A stretch of 64,000 bases of DNA from an uncultured Methylomirabilota bacterium (GTDB lineage Bacteria; Methylomirabilota; Methylomirabilia; Methylomirabilales; 2-02-FULL-66-22). The notes below the pieces were generated by a model, which did not search any database, was not told where the DNA came from, and worked only from the letters and a program-made list of their open reading frames with translations. Shown here in pieces: positions 59,186 through 64,000 of the stretch. How positions within the stretch are numbered: position 1 is the stretch's first letter; each line of letters starts with the position of its first letter. The DNA is taken from NCBI GenBank assembly GCA_963695995.1, contig CAVOIV010000006.1:23718-87717 (forward strand). Direction: 5' to 3'. A program made the translations under genes and the position numbers.

Positions 59186-60685
59186 ATGGGTAGCAACCAA
59201 TACGACGTGGTGATCCTGGGGGGCGGGCCGGCGGGCGAGCGGGCGGCCGTCCAGGCCGCCCGCATCGGAAAGCGGGTCGCCCTGATCGAACGCGAGCACG
59301 TGGTCGGCGGGACGTGCGTGAACTGGGGAACCATCCCCAGCAAGACCCTCCGCGAGAGCGCCGTGTTCGTCCTGGGCCTCACCACCCACAAGTTGGAGGG
59401 AATCCGCGTCGATATCACGGACAAGATCACCATGGTGGATTTCATGCACCACGAGCGGATCGTGGTGCAGCGCGAGCTGGAGTTGATCAATCAGACCCTC
59501 GAGCGGTACGCCATCGAGGTGATCGAAGGCCACGGGCGCTTCCTCGATTCCCACACCATCGCGGTGACGGGCCGGGATGGTCGGGAGCGCCTCCGCGTCC
59601 GGGGCGAGGTCATCGTCATCGGCACGGGCTCGCGGCCGAACCGGCCCCCGGACATCCGTTTCGATGGAGAGATCGTCTTCGACAGTGGCACCATCCTCCG
59701 CCTGACCCGCGTCCCCGAGTCGATGATCATACTCGGCGCCGGCGTCGTCGGCGTCGAGTATGCGACCATCTTCGCGTCCCTCGATATCCAGGTGACGCTG
59801 GTGGATACGCGGGACCGACTCCTGCCGTACCTCGACCGGGAGATGGCCGATCTCCTGATGCGCAGCCTGAAGAAGCTCAGGATCGTCATCATCCAGCAGG
59901 ACCGGTACCAGCGAATCGAGGGGATCCCGGGGCCGCGACCCTCGGTCCGGTGTCACACGCGGAACGGAAACGTCCTCGAGGCGGACATCCTGCTGTACTG
60001 CGTGGGGCGCGACGGCAACACGGGCGACCTCGGGCTGGAGCAGATCGGGATCAAGCCCAACGCGCGGGGGCTTCTGGAGGTCAACGAGTTCTTCCAGACG
60101 ACCCACCCCCATATCTACGCCGTCGGCGACGTGATCGGCTACCCCGCCCTCGCCAGCACGTCGGCAGAGCAAGGCCGGCAGGCCATCCGCCACGCCTTCA
60201 ATGTGCCGGGCCCCCGGGGCCGCACCGAGATGCTGCCGTTCGCGATCTACGCCATTCCCGAGGTGAGCTTCATCGGGGAGACGGAGGAGGAACTGCAACG
60301 CAAGGGCGTGGATTACGTGGCGGGCCACGGCTTGTACGAGATGAACCCCCGGGGGCAGATCCTCGGCGACACCGACGGCGTCCTGAAGCTGCTCTGCGAG
60401 ACCGACTCCCTCCGCCTGCGGGGCGTGCACGTGATCGGAACCGGCGCGAGCGAACTGGTGCACATCGGCCAGGCATATCTTCGGAATGAGGCGGACGCCT
60501 GGCAGATGGCCGAGACCATGTTCAACTATCCCACCCTGTCCGATCTGTACCGCCACGCGGCGCTGAAGGCCATCGCCGCCCGCCGGCGGAAGCAAGAGCC
60601 CAATGCCGCGGCGGATTCGCACCCCGGCGAGAGCGGCTCGGCCGGGCGACGTCGCACTCCGGAATCCGGCGATCCGGACCGTTGA
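59186..60685 (+). CDS. sthA: Soluble pyridine nucleotide transhydrogenase
   Basis: GGGPAG, GGTCVNWGTIPSKTLRE, GDVIGYPALASTS.EQGR and FNYPTL. Confidence 0.9.
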   Translation: MGSNQYDVVILGGGPAGERAAVQAARIGKRVALIEREHVVGGTCVNWGTIPSKTLRESAVFVLGLTTHKLEGIRVDITDKITMVDFMHHERIVVQRELELINQTLERYAIEVIEGHGRFLDSHTIAVTGRDGRERLRVRGEVIVIGTGSRPNRPPDIRFDGEIVFDSGTILRLTRVPESMIILGAGVVGVEYATIFASLDIQVTLVDTRDRLLPYLDREMADLLMRSLKKLRIVIIQQDRYQRIEGIPGPRPSVRCHTRNGNVLEADILLYCVGRDGNTGDLGLEQIGIKPNARGLLEVNEFFQTTHPHIYAVGDVIGYPALASTSAEQGRQAIRHAFNVPGPRGRTEMLPFAIYAIPEVSFIGETEEELQRKGVDYVAGHGLYEMNPRGQILGDTDGVLKLLCETDSLRLRGVHVIGTGASELVHIGQAYLRNEADAWQMAETMFNYPTLSDLYRHAALKAIAARRRKQEPNAAADSHPGESGSAGRRRTPESGDPDR

Positions 60686-60861
60686 GGCATCCCTCGCCGG
60701 CTCGGCGGAAAGGGCGGGGTCGCACACCCGGCGGACCTTCGCTGCCGCCTCGCCGCACTCGAGACCTCAAAAAGCCTCATCGCGTTCTTGCGGGGGCGGG
60801 ACGCCACGCGCCTCGACGCCTGACCGGCAGCCCGCGCGCCCGCCGCGCGTCCGGCGCGCGC

Positions 60862-62135
60862 TCAGTTTCCGGCGAGCGTCCCGCGCAGCTGCGAGAACAG
60901 CGCAGCGCTTGTTTGCGCGAACGCGGCGTGATTCGACGGCGAGATGGGTTGGCCGGGCAGGAAGGTTTGCTTCAGGGGATTCACGAAGCGGCCATCTTTC
61001 ATGACGCGGTAATCCAGGTGCGGTCCGGTGGACAATCCGGTCGAGCCGACGTAGCCGATTACCTGCCGCTGGCGGACCGTCGTGCCCGCGCGAATTCCCT
61101 TGGCGAAGTGCGACAGATGGTTGTACATGGTCTTGAAGTTGGCCCGATGTCGGAGGACGACGGTGTTGCCGCCGCCGCCGGACCAGCCGGCGGACTCGAT
61201 CGTCCCATCCGCCACGGCGAAGATCGGCGTCCCCAGCGGGGCGGCGTAGTCCACCGCCAGGTGGGGCCGGACGCCTCCCAAGATCGGGTGCCGCCGCGCC
61301 CGGCTGAAGGTTGAGCTGATCCGAGTGAACTCCAGCGGCGATTTCAGGAACGCCCGCCGGAGCGATTCACCCCTTGGGGTATAATAACCGCTCCCGTCCT
61401 TGTCCTTAAAGTACACGCCCGCGTGAACCTGCCCGTCGCTCTCGTACTCGGCCGCCAGGATGCGCCCGTACTTGACAAACTGGTCTCCAGTGAACACTTT
61501 CTCCACGAGCATCCGGAACCGGTCCCCAGGCTGGGAGTCGGCGGCAAAGTCGAAGTCCCAGGCGAAGATCTCGGCAAAATCCATGACGATTTGCGGCCGC
61601 TCTCCCGTTCTTTCCATGCTCTCGAATAGGTTGTCCTTGAGGACACCCGCGACCAGGACCACCCGCCGGTCCACGGGCATGTCGAGCCGGGCGCCTGTCC
61701 ACTGATCCCCTGCCCGCGTGGCCTCCACGATGTCGATGGGGCTCTGCCGGTACACCAGCTTGGTCAAATCTCCGGACGAATCGTGATGGAGTTCCAGCTG
61801 GTCCTCGGGTTTCAGTCGTCTGAAAGTCGATATGCGGGCGCAACGCCTGGACGATCTGGATGGCGCGGTCCTTGGCCACACCGAGGGCGTTCAGCACATT
61901 CTGGAACGTCCGCCCCTTGCCGAAGGTCCCGACGACCGGCGCCGGCGGCGCTGCGGGGGGAGCCGGAGGAGCCACAGCCGTCGGAGGCGGACACGGGACG
62001 AGAACCGACCCCCACGAACACGGCGGTGACGAGCAGCGCCAGACCGGCCACGCCAACCGCGATCCATATCCTCCGGTGGCGCCGTCGCCGCTGGACGGGC
62101 TGCGCCTTGCTGTCGGGAGCGCAATCGTGAACCAT
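60862..62135 (-). CDS. M23 metalloendopeptidase (MepM/OapA-like, frameshifted)
   Basis: N-terminal transmembrane segment; RRHPILG..RPHLAVDYAAP.GTP, YNHLS and GSTGLSTGPHLDY. Confidence 0.9.
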
Positions 62136-62237
62136 GAAACCTCTCGGACCAACCCCGCGCGCCATTCGAACCTGGCGCGTCCGTCATGCCGTCGCGGCTC
62201 GGTCGCGCGGGAATTCCTTGGCCTTATACCACCGCCC

Positions 62238-62696
62238 TCAGTCTCCTACCTGGACGATCATTTCAACCTCCACCGGGATGTCGAGCGGAAGCTGATTGGT
62301 CCCGATGGCCGACCGAGCGTGCTGCCCCTTGTCGCCGAAGAGTTTCACCAGCAACTCCGAGGCTCCGTTCATAACCCAAGGCTGACGGGTGAAGCCATCC
62401 ACCGACGCCACGAACCCCAGAATCTTCACCACTCGCTCGATCTTGTCCAGATCGCCGATGAGGCTCTTCACGCAGGCCAGACAATTCACGATACAGATCT
62501 GCGCCGCTTTGTACCCCTGCTCTTCCGTCAATTCCCGGCCCAGCTTCCCGGTGAACAGCGCCTTCCCGTCGATGTTCGGACCCTGGCCTGCGGTGAATAC
62601 CAGGTTGCCTGTCCGGACCGCGGGCACGTACGCCGCCAGTGGTTTCGGCGTCGGCAGAGCGAATCCCATCTTCTCCAGATCCTGTTCGATGCGCAT
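62238..62696 (-). CDS. Rid (YjgF/YER057c/UK114) family protein
   Basis: AYVPAVRTGNLVFTAGQ...NGASELL..LFGD.G.HARSAIG..LP....VEVE. Confidence 0.92.
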   Translation of the reverse strand: MRIEQDLEKMGFALPTPKPLAAYVPAVRTGNLVFTAGQGPNIDGKALFTGKLGRELTEEQGYKAAQICIVNCLACVKSLIGDLDKIERVVKILGFVASVDGFTRQPWVMNGASELLVKLFGDKGQHARSAIGTNQLPLDIPVEVEMIVQVGD

Positions 62697-62950
62697 GGCT
62701 CCTCCTCTTGCTGCAAGACGGCGGGGTGACGTGGTCCATCCAGCGTCAGATCCTGGAAGCCTCTCCACGTTATGGTTCACCTTACCACAGAGATCGCAAA
62801 GGGACCAAGCACCGATCTCCGATCAGTTCGTCGTTGGGTGGCCCAAGCCACGCCTCCGACGGAGACCTGCCTGACGTCGCCCGCTGACCACCGTAGCCCT
62901 TCGGGCAGACCCTCCGGTCCTGTGCCCGCACCGTCGAAGAGGAACCGCCA

Positions 62951-63004
62951 GACCTGGAGTTCCACCGGTGGAACTCCAGGTCATATATGGAACATATATG
63001 GAAC
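62951..63004. repeat. Perfect 32-bp palindrome plus two tandem 11-mers (catatatggaa)
   Basis: gacctggagttccacc|ggtggaactccaggtc at 62951-62982, followed by the tandem 11-mers. Confidence 0.85.
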
Positions 63005-63010
63005 ACAAGC

Positions 63011-63039
63011 TTGACACCCCCAAATGTCGATGGTAGCGT
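63011..63039 (+). promoter_or_regulatory. Possible sigma70 promoter
   Basis: TTGACA-N17-TAGCGT with a TG extension. Confidence 0.45.
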
Positions 63040-63298
63040 GATTTTCGGAGTCCGTTTTCGCCGCGCCCGGGTCGCTGTGTCGGCTTTGACGGAGCCATCT
63101 CATCAACTCGCTCCGCCTTGCGGCAACTGTGCCGGCCCCGGCCAACCCCTCGCTTTCTATGGTTGACAGCATGCAGCGGCCTTGGTGTATCAACGGTAAC
63201 ATTGCGGGATGGAAGCGGCGCCGCCCGATCGGCGGGCCGAGCGAGAAGCCCGCGAGTGTGCGGGCGTGGTCAACAACCACTCGACAGGAGGCATCGCC

Positions 63299-64000
63299 AT
63301 GAGAACCCGTCGTGAGTTCCTGGTGCAAACCGGCACGTTGGCAGTCGGGACCGCCCTGCTGGGCGCGCCCGCCCTGGCCCGCGCCCAGCAGAAGATGGTG
63401 ATGAAGGCGGCCGACGTCCACGCCCTCGGGTACCCGACAGTCGAGGCGATCGTCCGGATGGGCAAGAAGCTCGAGGCCGCCACCAACGGCCGTCTCTCGA
63501 TCCAGATGTTCCCCGCCATGCAACTCGGCGGCGAGAAGGAGATGATCGAGCAGGCGCAGGTCGGCGCGCTGCAGATCGCCCGCATCTCGACGGGCCCGAT
63601 GGGGCCGGTGGTCGACGAGCTGAACGTCTTCAACCTGCCCTTCATCTTCCGTGACGAGGCCCACATGCGGAAGGTGATCGACGGGCCGATCGGGCAGGAA
63701 CTGCTCGACAAGATCAGCAACAGCCCCGCCTCTCGCCTGATCGCCCTGGGCTGGATGGACTCCGGCACGCGGAGCCTGTACACCAAGAAACCCGTCCGCT
63801 CCCCCGCGGACCTCAAGGGCCAGAAGATCCGCATGATGGGCAATCCCGTCTTCGTGGACACCATGAACGCGATGGGCGGCAGCGGCGTCATGATGAGCTT
63901 CAGCGAGCTGTACAGCGCACTGCAGACCGGCGTCGTCGACGGGGCCGAGAACAACCCGCCCAGCCTGCTCACGCAGAACCACTACCAGGTCACCAAGTTC
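63299..64000 (+). CDS. dctP: TRAP substrate-binding protein with twin-arginine signal (runs off window edge)
   Basis: Manual reading: MRTRREFL...AADVHALGYPT...QLGGEKEMIEQAQVG...DLKGQKIRMM...LQTGVVDGAENN; RBS aggagg. Confidence 0.92.
   Translation, partial: MRTRREFLVQTGTLAVGTALLGAPALARAQQKMVMKAADVHALGYPTVEAIVRMGKKLEAATNGRLSIQMFPAMQLGGEKEMIEQAQVGALQIARISTGPMGPVVDELNVFNLPFIFRDEAHMRKVIDGPIGQELLDKISNSPASRLIALGWMDSGTRSLYTKKPVRSPADLKGQKIRMMGNPVFVDTMNAMGGSGVMMSFSELYSALQTGVVDGAENNPPSLLTQNHYQVTKF

Overview
GC-rich bacterial chromosomal window. The gene content resembles Methylomirabilota/Deltaproteobacteria-like lineages; this is inference only. Many genes are split by single-base indels, including essential ones (metG, holB), which points to long-read assembly error, so several coordinates are approximate. 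In order, the window holds: a TRAP/SIS/nagA amino-sugar operon; a decayed IS3 element abutting a large Rhs/YD gene; two PPIases, mfd and rfaE2; MscS; moaC; selA-tmk-holB-ricT-metG-purM; amidohydrolase-DcuC; LysR; an M20 hydrolase plus a Na+-pumping acyl-CoA decarboxylase operon; desaturase; MATE; iorAB-paaK-MFS-ACT; a REC-DUF4388 regulator; DUF362; HAD-gnd-pfp; a URO-D-family gene; tdh-kbl; GH88; sthA; M23; Rid; and a Tat-signal TRAP binding protein. The most notable unexplained structures are four. (1) A 102-bp in-frame mini-insertion with 7-bp direct repeats in the Rhs gene; removing it restores the frame. (2) The Rhs toxin tip is cut off at the IS3 end, with no immunity gene. (3) The response regulator carries a P-loop-less GTPase-like tail. 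(4) A perfect 32-bp palindrome plus tandem 11-mers sits next to a sigma70-like promoter at about 62.95 kb. No rRNA, tRNA or CRISPR array was seen.
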